Shown here: positions 36,081 through 46,242 of the stretch, piece after piece
Layout: each line of letters opens with the position of its first letter
How positions within the stretch are numbered: position 1 is the first letter of the stretch
DNA from: an uncultured Candidatus Saccharibacteria bacterium
GTDB taxonomy: Bacteria > Patescibacteriota > Dojkabacteria > GCA-002793355
Direction: 5' to 3'
Assembly: GCA_964525295.1 (NCBI GenBank)
Contig: CAZGEO010000002.1
Coordinates: forward strand, 193,230 to 257,229
DNA: 64,000 nt
The notes under the pieces: model-generated
The model's input: the letters and a program-made list of their open reading frames with translations, nothing else
Database searches by the model: none
What the model was told of the DNA's origin: nothing
Position numbers and translations under genes: made by a program

Positions 36081-36587
36081 ATGTATAGTAAATGGTTAGT
36101 ACTTACGCTTATGGTCGGTTTATTCGGATTTGCCTTCAGTCGTTGCGGTGGCGGACCAACTGTTGACATTGATACGCTTGTGCCAACATGGGAGGCTGAG
36201 GCAGCGATGACTCTTCAGGCTAATCCTCCCGCTACGAAAACCCCATTGCCCACCCCGGTAATACCCGAGTCAGAGAATAAGAAACTCTGTGGGTTGCCCG
36301 TTCTTGGAGAAGTATACTCGTATGGCGTTTTTATCTCATATGTTGTTGAGATAACTGAATACGGGTACAAGGTAACTGCAACAACAAACGATGGGTGGCA
36401 GGTTGTAGAGCTTTATAGTGACCACGCTGTTGTTTACGGGAAATTCTCCGATACAGCTGATCATATCAAATACGCCCCATTGCAAGAAGAGATCCAGATT
36501 ATTTGGATTGATCAGATACAAGTAACTTTTAACATCACACAACTTGAAATTGTGGGGCCCAATGTAGATTGTGGGTTTGACGCCTAA
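36081..36587 (+). CDS. Small secreted or membrane-anchored protein, hypothetical.
   Basis: Signal-like N-terminus MYSKWLVLTLMVGLFGFAFSRCGGG. A GGAAAGG RBS lies 7 nt upstream. The protein is 168 aa. Confidence 0.5.
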   Translation: MYSKWLVLTLMVGLFGFAFSRCGGGPTVDIDTLVPTWEAEAAMTLQANPPATKTPLPTPVIPESENKKLCGLPVLGEVYSYGVFISYVVEITEYGYKVTATTNDGWQVVELYSDHAVVYGKFSDTADHIKYAPLQEEIQIIWIDQIQVTFNITQLEIVGPNVDCGFDA

Positions 36588-36665
36588 CTCCAACCGGCAA
36601 CCACCCCACCGAGACACTATTTGACTTCGGTCTTTAGGTAACGGGGTGGCTGAGGCTTCCAAAAT

Positions 36666-37400
36666 TTATTTTTTGGGAGCCTCTGTAACTTTTTTTCGAT
36701 TCCAAAACCATAATGGCGAGTGCATATCGATCGGAGCTACTCCCAAGGGTTTTAATAGTTCTCTCCATCTCCTTGATATTTCTTCTCGTGGTAATTTTTG
36801 TGCTTCTTGTTCGTTTACAACGCCTAATTCTATAGACGCCTGAATAACATGAGTATCTGGAGCTATTTCGATGTATTCTCGGTTTTTCCAGGTTATGTCA
36901 CAATAGCGCTCAAGAATATGTGACCAGTAATTGAATATTTTTGGCCCGCTAAGGTATGGAAATACTTTCTTATTCTTTTTTTGAACTATTTCTTTAAGTC
37001 TTAAAAAATCATAATTAGTAGTACTGAGAAATTTTGTTATTGAGTTGTATTCTGAGAATGTTTTTACGAGTGTTTGCCAGATTTTGATGTGAGCGTTGGG
37101 CTGCAAAGCAACTTTATACTTCATCAATTTTTCTCGCAGTAGTTCAGTTGTCAGGTCGTTTGCGATCGTAATATCAAAAACCTTATTTGTATCGGAATCA
37201 TTGAAAGTAGACCTAGCCGCCTCCCAAAGTTTGTAGCTATTTCGTTGATAATTCAATGCCATTGGTAGTGTGAAGTAGGCGAGCTTTTGCTCTTCTGTTG
37301 AAAACTCAGGATGAGCGTCTTCAGGCATCGTTTCTACACCGAGTTTCTCATTGTCGTATAATCTTTTAATTTCTAGAATTTTTTCAATGTCTACTTTCAT
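36666..37400 (-). CDS. HhH-GPD superfamily DNA glycosylase, AGOG/Ogg-like (putative).
   Basis: FPYLSGPKIFNYW (HhH with Lys), followed by PDTHVIQASIELGVV (D-x-H-V-x-R/Q...LG motif). 244 aa. Confidence 0.45.
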   Translation of the reverse strand: MKVDIEKILEIKRLYDNEKLGVETMPEDAHPEFSTEEQKLAYFTLPMALNYQRNSYKLWEAARSTFNDSDTNKVFDITIANDLTTELLREKLMKYKVALQPNAHIKIWQTLVKTFSEYNSITKFLSTTNYDFLRLKEIVQKKNKKVFPYLSGPKIFNYWSHILERYCDITWKNREYIEIAPDTHVIQASIELGVVNEQEAQKLPREEISRRWRELLKPLGVAPIDMHSPLWFWNRKKVTEAPKK

Positions 37401-37420
37401 TGAGAATTGACGATTGAAAA

Positions 37421-38347
37421 TTAGTAATTAGTAAGAGCTTCTCTCCAAACAAACTGGAACAGTTCCCCTTTCAATGTTTTCTCTACTTGTGATGTTTTGA
37501 AACCAATTCGTGAATCTTTTATGTAGTTGAGGGCGAAATCGTAAGTTCTGATGACAGATTCGAGCGATTTCGCCTTATAATCAGCTAATTCTTTAGCATG
37601 TTTTTCTTCTTCGATCTTTAATAGAGCAGCCTGCAACATGGTCATTGCATATTGACGATTTTGTAGTTGACTTCGAGATTGTGCGCTTTTAACTTGGATT
37701 CCTGAAGGCAGGTGCTTTATGATGACTGCGGTTTCAACCTTGTTTACGTTTTGCCCACCTGGCCCACTCGAGCGCCCAGTTTTAATTTCTAGATCACTTT
37801 CTTTAATCTGTAAAGGATTTCTTGCATCTGCAGTAGGGTAGACCTGAACTAAACAGTTAGATGTTTGCAATTTACCATTCTTATTGAAAGGTGACTTTCG
37901 TTCAAGTCGATGAGAGCCTTCTTCCATTTTTAGCGCTTGATAGGCATAAATTTCGCTTACTTCGATTGACGCATGAGTTATTCCTGCGGATGGATCAGGC
38001 TCATATTCAAGCATTTCGTATTTGATGCCAAGTGACTTGAAGTAATCAACATACATGGTTGTTACCATGCTTGTCCAATCTTGAGCGTCAAGACCACCTT
38101 GTCCAACTCTGATATCGATAATGCAACCTCTCGATGCGAATTGCTGATTCGTTACCGATAATGCTTGGGGTAATGTAGTTTGTAATTCATTGATAACATC
38201 GGGCATAAGCGATGAGTCGTCGTCTAGTAATGTCAGTAAATTGCGAATTTTTCCCCCTTCTTCGCTTTCCCAAAAAACTGATGGAAAAATTCGCAACTCA
38301 CCAACTGTTTTCTCATCCAATTGTGAAAATATTTTTTCTAAGATCAT
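37421..38347 (-). CDS. prfB: Peptide chain release factor 2, N-terminally short, encoded in a single frame.
   Basis: SPF motif (LERKSPFNK). GGQ motif ([15 protein letters not shown]). 308 aa, against about 365 for typical RF2. Alignment begins near E. coli residue 50. Confidence 0.85.
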   Translation of the reverse strand: MILEKIFSQLDEKTVGELRIFPSVFWESEEGGKIRNLLTLLDDDSSLMPDVINELQTTLPQALSVTNQQFASRGCIIDIRVGQGGLDAQDWTSMVTTMYVDYFKSLGIKYEMLEYEPDPSAGITHASIEVSEIYAYQALKMEEGSHRLERKSPFNKNGKLQTSNCLVQVYPTADARNPLQIKESDLEIKTGRSSGPGGQNVNKVETAVIIKHLPSGIQVKSAQSRSQLQNRQYAMTMLQAALLKIEEEKHAKELADYKAKSLESVIRTYDFALNYIKDSRIGFKTSQVEKTLKGELFQFVWREALTNY

Positions 38348-38368
38348 AAACTTACTGTATAATGAAAT

Positions 38369-39955
38369 ATGAAGCCCGTCATGTTGATTATAATGGATGG
38401 ATTAGGTGTTGGCAAAGATTATGCTGGCAATGCCGTTCTCCATGCCAAAACGCCTACACTTGATAGATTATGGACTCGTGCAGACAAGAAGTTGTTACTT
38501 GGGGCCTCTGGGCCAGATGTAGGGCTTCCTCCCGGTGTGCCAGGCAATAGCGAAGTCGGTCACTTGAATCTTGGCGCTGGTGCAGTAGTTTATCAAATGA
38601 TTTCAACAATAAATGACTCAATTGTTGATGGATCATTCTATAAAAACGAAGTTCTCTTACGAATGTTTGATGATGTAAAAAAGAATAAGCGAACGTTACA
38701 TGTTATTGGCCTGTTGAGCGCATCTGGAGTACATGCGGATGTGCGACATTTATTTGCATTAATGGATATGTGCAATCGTAATCAAGTAGATCCAGTACTT
38801 CATGTAATTACTGACGGTCGTGATACGCCACGTTTTGAAGCACGATTTTACATGAAAAAATTGCGTGAAAAGATGTTCCAATATGGAATAAAGAGAATTG
38901 GAAGTGTCGTTGGACGTTTTTATGCAATGGATCGTAATAATGCATGGGATCGAATAAAACTTGCATATGATGCAATGACTGGCCAAGGCGGATTGAAAGA
39001 AAAAGAACCCGAAGTTGCTCTGGAACATGCATATCTTCGTCAAGAAGATGATGAAACGTTAACTCCAACGGTGATTGTTGATCAAATGGGGAATCCTGTA
39101 GCGCCAATTAAAAAGGGTGACGTGGTGCTTTTCTATAATTTTCGTGAAGATCGCGCGCGACAGATTACCAAAGCTTTCGTTATGCCTGATGAAAAATTTA
39201 CAGAATTTCAGCGTCCTTTTGTGATTGACAGATTTATAACGATGTCAGGGTATGAAGAAGGCTTACCGGTTGATGTATTGTTTCACTCAAATGAAGCGTA
39301 TGACCCACTATCTGATGTGCTTTCAAAAGCAGGTAAGAAGCAATTTCATATTGCAGAAACTGAAAAATATGCCCATGTTACATACTTTTTTAACGGTGGG
39401 CGCGAAGCACCAGCCCCAGGCGAGGAATTTAGTATTATTCAGTCACCAAAAGTCATGGATTATTCTACCGTTCCAGAAATGTCAGCATATGAAGTGACTG
39501 AAACATTGTTGAGTCGAATTAAAAAACAACAAGATGATTTCTTTTTAATCAATATTGCGAACCCTGATATGGTTGGTCACAGTGGAAAAATTATGCAAAC
39601 TGCACGCGCAGTAGAAGTTACCGACAGATGTGTAAATTTTCTTGTAAGAGAAATGCTTGCCCAAGGTGGAAGTGTCATAGTTTCGGCTGATCACGGTAAT
39701 GCTGAGCAGAAAATTAATCCAATATCGGGTGAACCAGATAAAAATCACACGTTAAATCTTGTTCCATTTATGTATATTGAAAATCCATCAATTTTTGATG
39801 ATGGTAAATTTACCGATTCATTAAATCTTAAAAAATTAGCATTTGATTCTATTGAAATGGAAAAGAATGGCATATTGTCTGATATTCCAGCCACAGTATT
39901 GTCACTTCTTGATGTAAAGTTACCAAGAACTATGACTGGGCAAAACTTGGTGTAG
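38369..39955 (+). CDS. gpmI: 2,3-bisphosphoglycerate-independent phosphoglycerate mutase.
   Basis: [33 protein letters not shown]. 528 aa. Confidence 0.9.
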   Translation: MKPVMLIIMDGLGVGKDYAGNAVLHAKTPTLDRLWTRADKKLLLGASGPDVGLPPGVPGNSEVGHLNLGAGAVVYQMISTINDSIVDGSFYKNEVLLRMFDDVKKNKRTLHVIGLLSASGVHADVRHLFALMDMCNRNQVDPVLHVITDGRDTPRFEARFYMKKLREKMFQYGIKRIGSVVGRFYAMDRNNAWDRIKLAYDAMTGQGGLKEKEPEVALEHAYLRQEDDETLTPTVIVDQMGNPVAPIKKGDVVLFYNFREDRARQITKAFVMPDEKFTEFQRPFVIDRFITMSGYEEGLPVDVLFHSNEAYDPLSDVLSKAGKKQFHIAETEKYAHVTYFFNGGREAPAPGEEFSIIQSPKVMDYSTVPEMSAYEVTETLLSRIKKQQDDFFLINIANPDMVGHSGKIMQTARAVEVTDRCVNFLVREMLAQGGSVIVSADHGNAEQKINPISGEPDKNHTLNLVPFMYIENPSIFDDGKFTDSLNLKKLAFDSIEMEKNGILSDIPATVLSLLDVKLPRTMTGQNLV

Positions 39956-39987
39956 TCATAATTGAATCACAATTTACGTGTTACAAT

Positions 39988-41277
39988 ATGCCAGCTATGA
40001 AATCCTTCCAGGTGCAGGTAAAAAAGTTCTTGCCTTTTGCGGTGTCGTTTGTTAAGGCAAACTGGCCAGCTTTTGCGCTTATTGCGATGGCAACGGTATC
40101 GAAAATTATCGGCTTTTTGAGAAATTCTTTTATAGCATATTATTTTGGTGCAAGTCACGATGCCGATTTGCTCGGAATTCTTGTCTTCCCAACAGATTTT
40201 GTGACTTCCTATTTGATGAACCAAACCATCATTACAGCGCTAACGATTTATTTTTCAAAGAAAGAAGAATCGCAAAACGATGTATTTTGGCGTACCTTCC
40301 ACTTTTATCGTGTTCTTTTAACACTCGCTGCAATCGTGCTTTCAGTCGTTATGACGTTTATGTACCCTGAAGTACCTTGGTATATTGCACTCTTAGCAAG
40401 TTTGCCTGGAATTTTGTACGGTATAGCCGGAATAATCCAGAGTTATTTGAACTACAATCGAGTTTTTTTGTGGCCTGGCGCGCAAGAATTAATTGCACAT
40501 TTTTTCTTATTAATTGGAGTAATTATTGCAAGTCAATTTGGTGTTTGGTCATATGTCATTGTATTAATTTTGACAGGCATCATTCGAATCATCGTTCAAT
40601 TGCCTAATTTGGCAGTTTATCTAAGGAAGTCGCATAGAAAATTCTCAGAGCTTTTTGGTTGGTCGCAGGTAAATTTCGAAAAAGAACTAATTATATTTGT
40701 CGGCCCTCTTCTTGTTACTTTTATTCTATCTGGCGTGCCAGGTTTTATGGTACTTGATAAACTACACGCCGCTGGTGAGGGTATGATCGCTGCATACAAT
40801 TATGCGGTCAAAATCATCGGACTATTCAATCCAATATTCATTGTACCAATAACAACGTATCTCATTCCAACCTTGCAACGTAGGGCAAAAGAAGGGCGGT
40901 CAATTGAATTATTAAATACGGTAGCTATTTCTTTGATCGCAGTATTCTCATTTCTTTTTGCATTACTATTAGTAGTTGCACCCGAATTTTTAGTGAAAAT
41001 AATTTATGCTCGAGGGCAATTCGATCAACTTGCCTTACAGTTGACCTCTCAATTTTTGAAATTTCAGGCATTTGCCGTCGTTGGCTATGCGCTTATGTAC
41101 TATCTGATGCAATTAACACTTATTGACAATCGAGGGAAGCGATTGATTGCTTCATACGTCACAGGAACAATTGTGATTATGCTGGGGCTTCTGTTCCTGC
41201 CCTTCGCCCCATATGTTAGTGTGGGAATATCGTTTACCATTGGAGTTTTTGCTAGCTTAGCAATTTTACTTTTCTGA
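39988..41277 (+). CDS. MurJ/MviN-like MOP-superfamily flippase (putative lipid II flippase), short form.
   Basis: The N-terminus FGASHDADLLGILVFPTDF resembles MurJ FGAGMATDAFFVAFKLPNL. About 12-14 TM. 429 aa. Confidence 0.55.
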   Translation: MPAMKSFQVQVKKFLPFAVSFVKANWPAFALIAMATVSKIIGFLRNSFIAYYFGASHDADLLGILVFPTDFVTSYLMNQTIITALTIYFSKKEESQNDVFWRTFHFYRVLLTLAAIVLSVVMTFMYPEVPWYIALLASLPGILYGIAGIIQSYLNYNRVFLWPGAQELIAHFFLLIGVIIASQFGVWSYVIVLILTGIIRIIVQLPNLAVYLRKSHRKFSELFGWSQVNFEKELIIFVGPLLVTFILSGVPGFMVLDKLHAAGEGMIAAYNYAVKIIGLFNPIFIVPITTYLIPTLQRRAKEGRSIELLNTVAISLIAVFSFLFALLLVVAPEFLVKIIYARGQFDQLALQLTSQFLKFQAFAVVGYALMYYLMQLTLIDNRGKRLIASYVTGTIVIMLGLLFLPFAPYVSVGISFTIGVFASLAILLF

Positions 41278-41870
41278 TGAACAAATTAATTGCAATTATC
41301 GATGATGATTCGGAATTTTCACTTGGAGTGAGAGAATTCTTGCAAGGGAGAAATTACAAAGTCGATGCATTTCATTCTTATAATGAAGCAGTTCATAAAC
41401 TTGATGAACGATATTCAGTTGTAATTATCGATGTCCATTTAGTTGACGGTGATGGCATCGAGTTGGTGCAACTTTTACAAAGGAGATTTCCGCAAATTAA
41501 GAAGATTGTTATCACAGGGCAAGATTCTTTGCCAAAACGATTGCGAAGTTTTGGCGTTGGCGCAGATGATTATATGATGAAACCAATTTTCCCGTGTGAG
41601 CTTGAAGCAAGAGTTAAGCGCCTTCTGCGAGAAGAAATTGCGACGCAGCAACTAGTAAAAGAGAGTAATTTGTTTACTAAGGCTGAACTTGATGTTCTTG
41701 CGGTACTTACAAAGAATGTGGGAAGACCAGTGTCAGTTGAGAGCTTCGAAAAATTAGGTTTAACTCGTTCTGCGATCTACACCTTGATTTATCGTTTGAA
41801 GCGTAAAGTGCAACCGTCACTTGAAATCAAAACCTGCTACGGGAGAGGTTGGTACATCTGTAACGATTAA
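41277..41870 (+). CDS. OmpR/PhoB-type response regulator (receiver plus winged-helix DNA-binding domain). No kinase gene is adjacent.
   Basis: The receiver region includes the VVIIDVHLVDGDG phospho-Asp stretch and IVITGQD. The C-terminal wHTH is ...LTRSAIYTLIYRLKRKV...IKTCYGRGWYI. Confidence 0.75.
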   Translation: MNKLIAIIDDDSEFSLGVREFLQGRNYKVDAFHSYNEAVHKLDERYSVVIIDVHLVDGDGIELVQLLQRRFPQIKKIVITGQDSLPKRLRSFGVGADDYMMKPIFPCELEARVKRLLREEIATQQLVKESNLFTKAELDVLAVLTKNVGRPVSVESFEKLGLTRSAIYTLIYRLKRKVQPSLEIKTCYGRGWYICND

Positions 41871-43294
41871 AGCAATTGTTCTTTGATCAACGCCTCAACT
41901 TCTTGTGCATTGGCACGGCCTCGCATTGCTTTCATTACCTGACCAACAAGATACATGACTGCGTTAGGATTTTTACCTGATTTATAATCCGCAACTGCTT
42001 TCTCGTTTGCTGCAATTGCTTGGGTAATCGCGGTTTTTAGGGCGTCAGTATCTTGAACAATCTCGACATTTAGCTCTTTCGCAAGTATTTCTGCATTTTT
42101 ACCTGTTTCAAGTGATGCTGCAAGTATTTGTTTGGCTCCATCGCGAGTAACCTTGCCAGCTTTCAAAAGCGTGATTATATCGATGATGGTCGAATTCACA
42201 AAGGCGCTATGTGGTGCTTTCACATTGATATAAGCGACATAATCACCGGTTAACCATTTTACTATCTCACCTTTCATTTCAGGTGTTTGGTTTTTTAGTA
42301 ACTCCTCTGAAATCTCGACAAGTCGTAAATCGTTGACAAGGATATCTAAGACCTCTTCGTTTACGTTTGTTTCTTCTTTCAAACGCATTTTCTTTTCAAT
42401 CGCTAATTCTGGAAGTGATGCGTCGATTGCTGCAATTTGCTCTTCGGTAAAGTGAATCGAGGGTATATCTGGTTCTGGGAAGTAGCGATAATCTGCAGCA
42501 GTTTCTTTGCTTCTTTGTGACTGAGTTTTACCAGTCATATCAACAAGTCCACGAGTTTCCTGTTTTGGAATTTCTCCTTTATCAAGGAGCTCAGACTGTC
42601 TGACATATTCAGTTTCAACAACTTTTTCAAGAACACTAATTGAGCCGATATTTTTAACTTCTACTTTGTAGCTTGGAAGTTCGGTTTCACCGGGTTTTCG
42701 AAGCGACATATTGATCTCGAAGCGCATTTGACCTTTTTCCATGTCTGCGTCTGAAACACCAAGATATTGCACCAAAAGCTTTAGTGCTTTTGCATAAGCG
42801 GTTACTTCTTCTTTACTCGAAATATCCGGCTCACTGACGATTTCGACAAGAGCGCAGCCCGATTTATTGTAATCTACCATAGTTAAACCCTTTTCGTGCA
42901 TCGATTTCCCGGTATCTTCCTCTTGGTGAACACGAGTGATTCCGATCTTCTTAACTCCCTTGCTTGTTTCGATGGTAAGGTAGCCATGTTCTCCAACCGG
43001 TTGATCGTACTGCGAAATCTGATAACTTTTTGCTAGGTCTGGGTAGAAATAATTCTTTCTATCAAATTTTGTCTCTTTGTTGATCTCGCAGTGTAAAGCT
43101 CGAGCAATGCGTAAGGCCGCATCCAGAGCTTCTTTATTTGGCACTGGGAGCGCACCTGGCAAGCCAAGGCAGACTGGGCAGGTATGAGTATTTGGCTTTG
43201 TTCCAAAATACTGCGAAGAGCAACGACAAAACATTTTTGATTTTGTTTTTGTCTGTAAGTGAACTTCTAAACCAATTATTATTTCGTATGTCAT
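41867..43294 (-). CDS. gatB: Glu-tRNA(Gln)/Asp-tRNA(Asn) amidotransferase subunit B.
   Basis: MTYEIIIGLEVHLQTKTKSKMFCRCS...CPVCLGLPGALP. 475 aa. Confidence 0.95.
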   Translation of the reverse strand: MTYEIIIGLEVHLQTKTKSKMFCRCSSQYFGTKPNTHTCPVCLGLPGALPVPNKEALDAALRIARALHCEINKETKFDRKNYFYPDLAKSYQISQYDQPVGEHGYLTIETSKGVKKIGITRVHQEEDTGKSMHEKGLTMVDYNKSGCALVEIVSEPDISSKEEVTAYAKALKLLVQYLGVSDADMEKGQMRFEINMSLRKPGETELPSYKVEVKNIGSISVLEKVVETEYVRQSELLDKGEIPKQETRGLVDMTGKTQSQRSKETAADYRYFPEPDIPSIHFTEEQIAAIDASLPELAIEKKMRLKEETNVNEEVLDILVNDLRLVEISEELLKNQTPEMKGEIVKWLTGDYVAYINVKAPHSAFVNSTIIDIITLLKAGKVTRDGAKQILAASLETGKNAEILAKELNVEIVQDTDALKTAITQAIAANEKAVADYKSGKNPNAVMYLVGQVMKAMRGRANAQEVEALIKEQLL

Positions 43295-44733
43295 GCTTTT
43301 GTCTGTTCAAACTGATATCCAACATTGAAGAGTAAGTCTTCTCGGAAGTGTGGGGCAATTAGCTGCATGCCAATTGGCAACCCGTTTTGTGAAAATCCTG
43401 CCGGAACTGAAAGCGCCGGAACCCCTACTGGGTTGATCGAAACGGTAAAGGCGTCTGCTAGCCAGTTTTTCATTGGATCGTCTATGTTTTCCCCAATTTT
43501 CGGCGGAAGAATTGGCATAGTGGGGGTCAATATCACATCAACTTCACCAAATGCTCGCGCAAAGTCTTGTTTCAAGAGTTGACGCACTTTCTGCGCTTTT
43601 TTGTAATACTGATCTGCATAGCCAGCCGAAAGAGCATAAGTTCCAACCATAATTCGTCGTTTTGCTTCGTCATTAAATCCTTTCCCTCGAGCGTCTTTGA
43701 CTTTTTCTATCCAATCATTTCCTTCACCTTTCATTCCGTAGCGAATGCCATCAAGTCGAGCCAAGTTCGAGCTCGCTTCGCTGATTCCAATAATATAGTA
43801 CGCAGCAATCGCATATTCAGTGTAGGGGAGTGAGATATCTTTTATTTCGCAACCAAGTTCTTTGTATACTGAAACTGCTTGCATTACGGCTTTTCGGACT
43901 TCTTCATCTAATCCTTCGACGAAATACTCTTTTGGTAGCCCAATTCTTAACCCTTTGAGTGGTTTATCTAAGAGATCCGTGTAATGCGGTACTTCTGCAG
44001 TTCCTGTTGTTGCATCATAAGGATCGAGCCCAGCAATTTGCTCTAAAACGATTGCGGCATCTTTTATGTTTTTTGCCATTGGTCCCATTGTGTCGTAAGA
44101 GGATGCGTAGGCAACGGCACCATAACGTGAGACTCTTCCATAAGTTGTTTTGAGACCAACAATTCCACAGAAGGAACCTGGCGCACGAATTGAACCACCG
44201 GTGTCTTCACCGATTGAGAAAACGCCATCTCCGTTTGCTACTGCTGCACCAGAGCCAGAGCTTGAACCACCTGGCACATAATCTGTATTCACTGGATTTT
44301 TTGTTGGGCCGAATGCTGAGTTCTCACCTGTTGAACCAAAGCCGAAACTGTCGCAGTTTGTTTTTCCGATCAACACTGCACCTGAGGCTTTCATGCGTGA
44401 ATAGACGGTTGCATCGTAAGGTGAAATGTAATTCTCTAGAATTTTTGATCCTGCCGTCGTTCTGGTTCCGATAATGTTGTAAACATCTTTGACTGTATAG
44501 GGAATGCCAGCAAGGATATTCTGTTTCTCACCATTAGCTCGTTTCGCATCTGCCTCGCTCGCTTGAGCCAAGGCAATTTCATCGGTAATGGAAACGAAGT
44601 GATTAAGTTCCTTTTGAGCTGCGTGCGCGTGTTCTAGTGTCGCACTTGTTAGTTCTACTGAAGAAATTTCTTTCTTTGCAAGCATATCTGCTGCTTCACT
44701 GATTGTTAATTTTTTAAGGTTAAGCTGATTCAT
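43291..44733 (-). CDS. gatA: Amidotransferase subunit A (amidase signature family).
   Basis: GGSSSGSGAAVA amidase signature. Ser-cisSer-Lys context. The start was set to the internal ATG (MNQLNLKK), which overlaps the gatC stop. Confidence 0.9.
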   Translation of the reverse strand: MNQLNLKKLTISEAADMLAKKEISSVELTSATLEHAHAAQKELNHFVSITDEIALAQASEADAKRANGEKQNILAGIPYTVKDVYNIIGTRTTAGSKILENYISPYDATVYSRMKASGAVLIGKTNCDSFGFGSTGENSAFGPTKNPVNTDYVPGGSSSGSGAAVANGDGVFSIGEDTGGSIRAPGSFCGIVGLKTTYGRVSRYGAVAYASSYDTMGPMAKNIKDAAIVLEQIAGLDPYDATTGTAEVPHYTDLLDKPLKGLRIGLPKEYFVEGLDEEVRKAVMQAVSVYKELGCEIKDISLPYTEYAIAAYYIIGISEASSNLARLDGIRYGMKGEGNDWIEKVKDARGKGFNDEAKRRIMVGTYALSAGYADQYYKKAQKVRQLLKQDFARAFGEVDVILTPTMPILPPKIGENIDDPMKNWLADAFTVSINPVGVPALSVPAGFSQNGLPIGMQLIAPHFREDLLFNVGYQFEQTKA

Positions 44734-45031
44734 CTGCTGGTAGTACCATGTTAATTGTAAAGTAGCCCTGTTTAGCATCTTCTTTGCGGTTCTGCGTTGC
44801 TGCTTCTTGTGTTAATGAAGTCTCTGGTTCGTCTGGGCGCATGACGTTTTTCAATTCAACATGGGATTGGTACCCAATGTCTTCTGTTTTTACTTCCTGG
44901 AGCTTTTCTACATAACCAAGAATATCGCTAATTTGTTTTTGGTATTTTGCGATTTCTTCGTCGGTAAGCGAAATCATTGCAAGGTTAGCAATGTGTTTGA
45001 TGACCTCTGGGGTAATGGTTGCTTTACTCAT
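44720..45031 (-). CDS. gatC: Amidotransferase subunit C.
   Basis: MSKATITPEVIKHIANLAMISLTDEEIAKYQKQISDILGYVEKLQEV. About 103 aa. Start set to an internal ATG. Confidence 0.8.
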   Translation of the reverse strand: MSKATITPEVIKHIANLAMISLTDEEIAKYQKQISDILGYVEKLQEVKTEDIGYQSHVELKNVMRPDEPETSLTQEAATQNRKEDAKQGYFTINMVLPADESA

Positions 45032-45032
45032 G

Positions 45033-46094
45033 TTAATCTGCGTTATTTTGAATATCTGTGATTGTATCACCGGCGTCATGATTGGGCAATTGCCCTACAG
45101 TCGATAACTCGGCGATAACATAAGACGTTCCGCGACCTGAACCAACAGCTTTAATTAAACCTTTTACCATCAGGTCGTTCAGGTCGCGGAAGGCTGTAGC
45201 GATGGCAATATTCATCATAGATGCATATTTCTTTCGAGTGATTTTGCGATGTTGCTTGAAATACGTAAGTACACGTACTTGTCGATCATTAAGGGACGCT
45301 CGAATTTCTGGAGCAATTGAAGATTGATGTTCTAATGCATCGTAAATTGTGGTAGTTTGGTCAAGAAGATTGCTGACAAATTTTTCTACAAAATTGGCAT
45401 GTTGTTCAGTTGTTGGATCGAATGAAAAATCAGTCTTGTTCATCGCTTGCCATGCTGCCGTAACAATTGAAACTGTTCCAGAAACCCAATAACGAGTAGG
45501 TCTGACAATTGTGTATGTCGCTAAAAGGGTAGTTTGCAGAGTGAATATTGCAAATGGATAACTGGTAATCAAATGATACGCCATGGTTCCTGCGAGAATT
45601 AGTGGGTGAATTTTTCCAGGAAAAGATAGTTCTTGTCGAATTTCTGTCCATGATTGGTAATGTGGCTGTTGTGGTCGATTTCGTAGGCCATCATGCAAAT
45701 AGCTAATAGCTTCGTGAGGAGCACGTACTTTTCCTTCTTCCCAGAAGTCGGTAAAACCATCACTTAGGAGTTTGTTTTCGTGTTGTAAAATCGCACTCGT
45801 GAAAGTGTTTTCACGTACTGAGCGCGCATATCGCATGACAGCCACGCTATTTTTCAAAAGTCTTAATGCTTGTTGAATAGTACCGTGTTCAGGAGCATCA
45901 AGTAGTGTGGTCGCATCTTTTGGTGAGAGTGACAATTCCATAGAATTTGCAATGGTAAGTAATTCTTGGATTTGTGCGTCCTTAGCTTGCTTTTTATAAA
46001 ATGCAGCATGCTGTGCAGTTCTTGGAAGTTGTGCAATGACCCTTTCAAGCGAGGTTAATTTATCAATTAAAGTGTGTGTAATTTTTAATTCCAT
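45033..46094 (-). CDS. Fic/Doc-fold protein with a degenerate active-site motif and a C-terminal winged helix. It is the first gene of the gatCAB operon.
   Basis: The Fic motif position reads HPLILAGTM instead of HPFx(D/E)GNGR. The C-terminus (RVLTYFKQHRKITRKKYASMMNIAIATAFRDLNDLMVKGLI...GRGTSY) matches the Fic-family wHTH. Its stop lies 1 nt before the gatC ATG. Confidence 0.6.
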   Translation of the reverse strand: MELKITHTLIDKLTSLERVIAQLPRTAQHAAFYKKQAKDAQIQELLTIANSMELSLSPKDATTLLDAPEHGTIQQALRLLKNSVAVMRYARSVRENTFTSAILQHENKLLSDGFTDFWEEGKVRAPHEAISYLHDGLRNRPQQPHYQSWTEIRQELSFPGKIHPLILAGTMAYHLITSYPFAIFTLQTTLLATYTIVRPTRYWVSGTVSIVTAAWQAMNKTDFSFDPTTEQHANFVEKFVSNLLDQTTTIYDALEHQSSIAPEIRASLNDRQVRVLTYFKQHRKITRKKYASMMNIAIATAFRDLNDLMVKGLIKAVGSGRGTSYVIAELSTVGQLPNHDAGDTITDIQNNAD

Positions 46095-46242
46095 ATCACA
46101 ATCGTATCATATTGCAGTAAGAGGTGCATCGTTAATGATACGTTTTTCAATTTTTTTCATTGCGTTACGTGCTGAAAGTCCGTATAATATCCCTAGAAAG
46201 GGAAGATAAACTATAAAACTCAGATATAACTGAGGGATAAGA

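Noticed and set aside
37421-38347. Programmed +1 frameshift site in prfB.
   Set aside because: The ORF is continuous. No CUU-UGA-C-type motif with an upstream SD-like element is present, and there is no room upstream for an exon 1.
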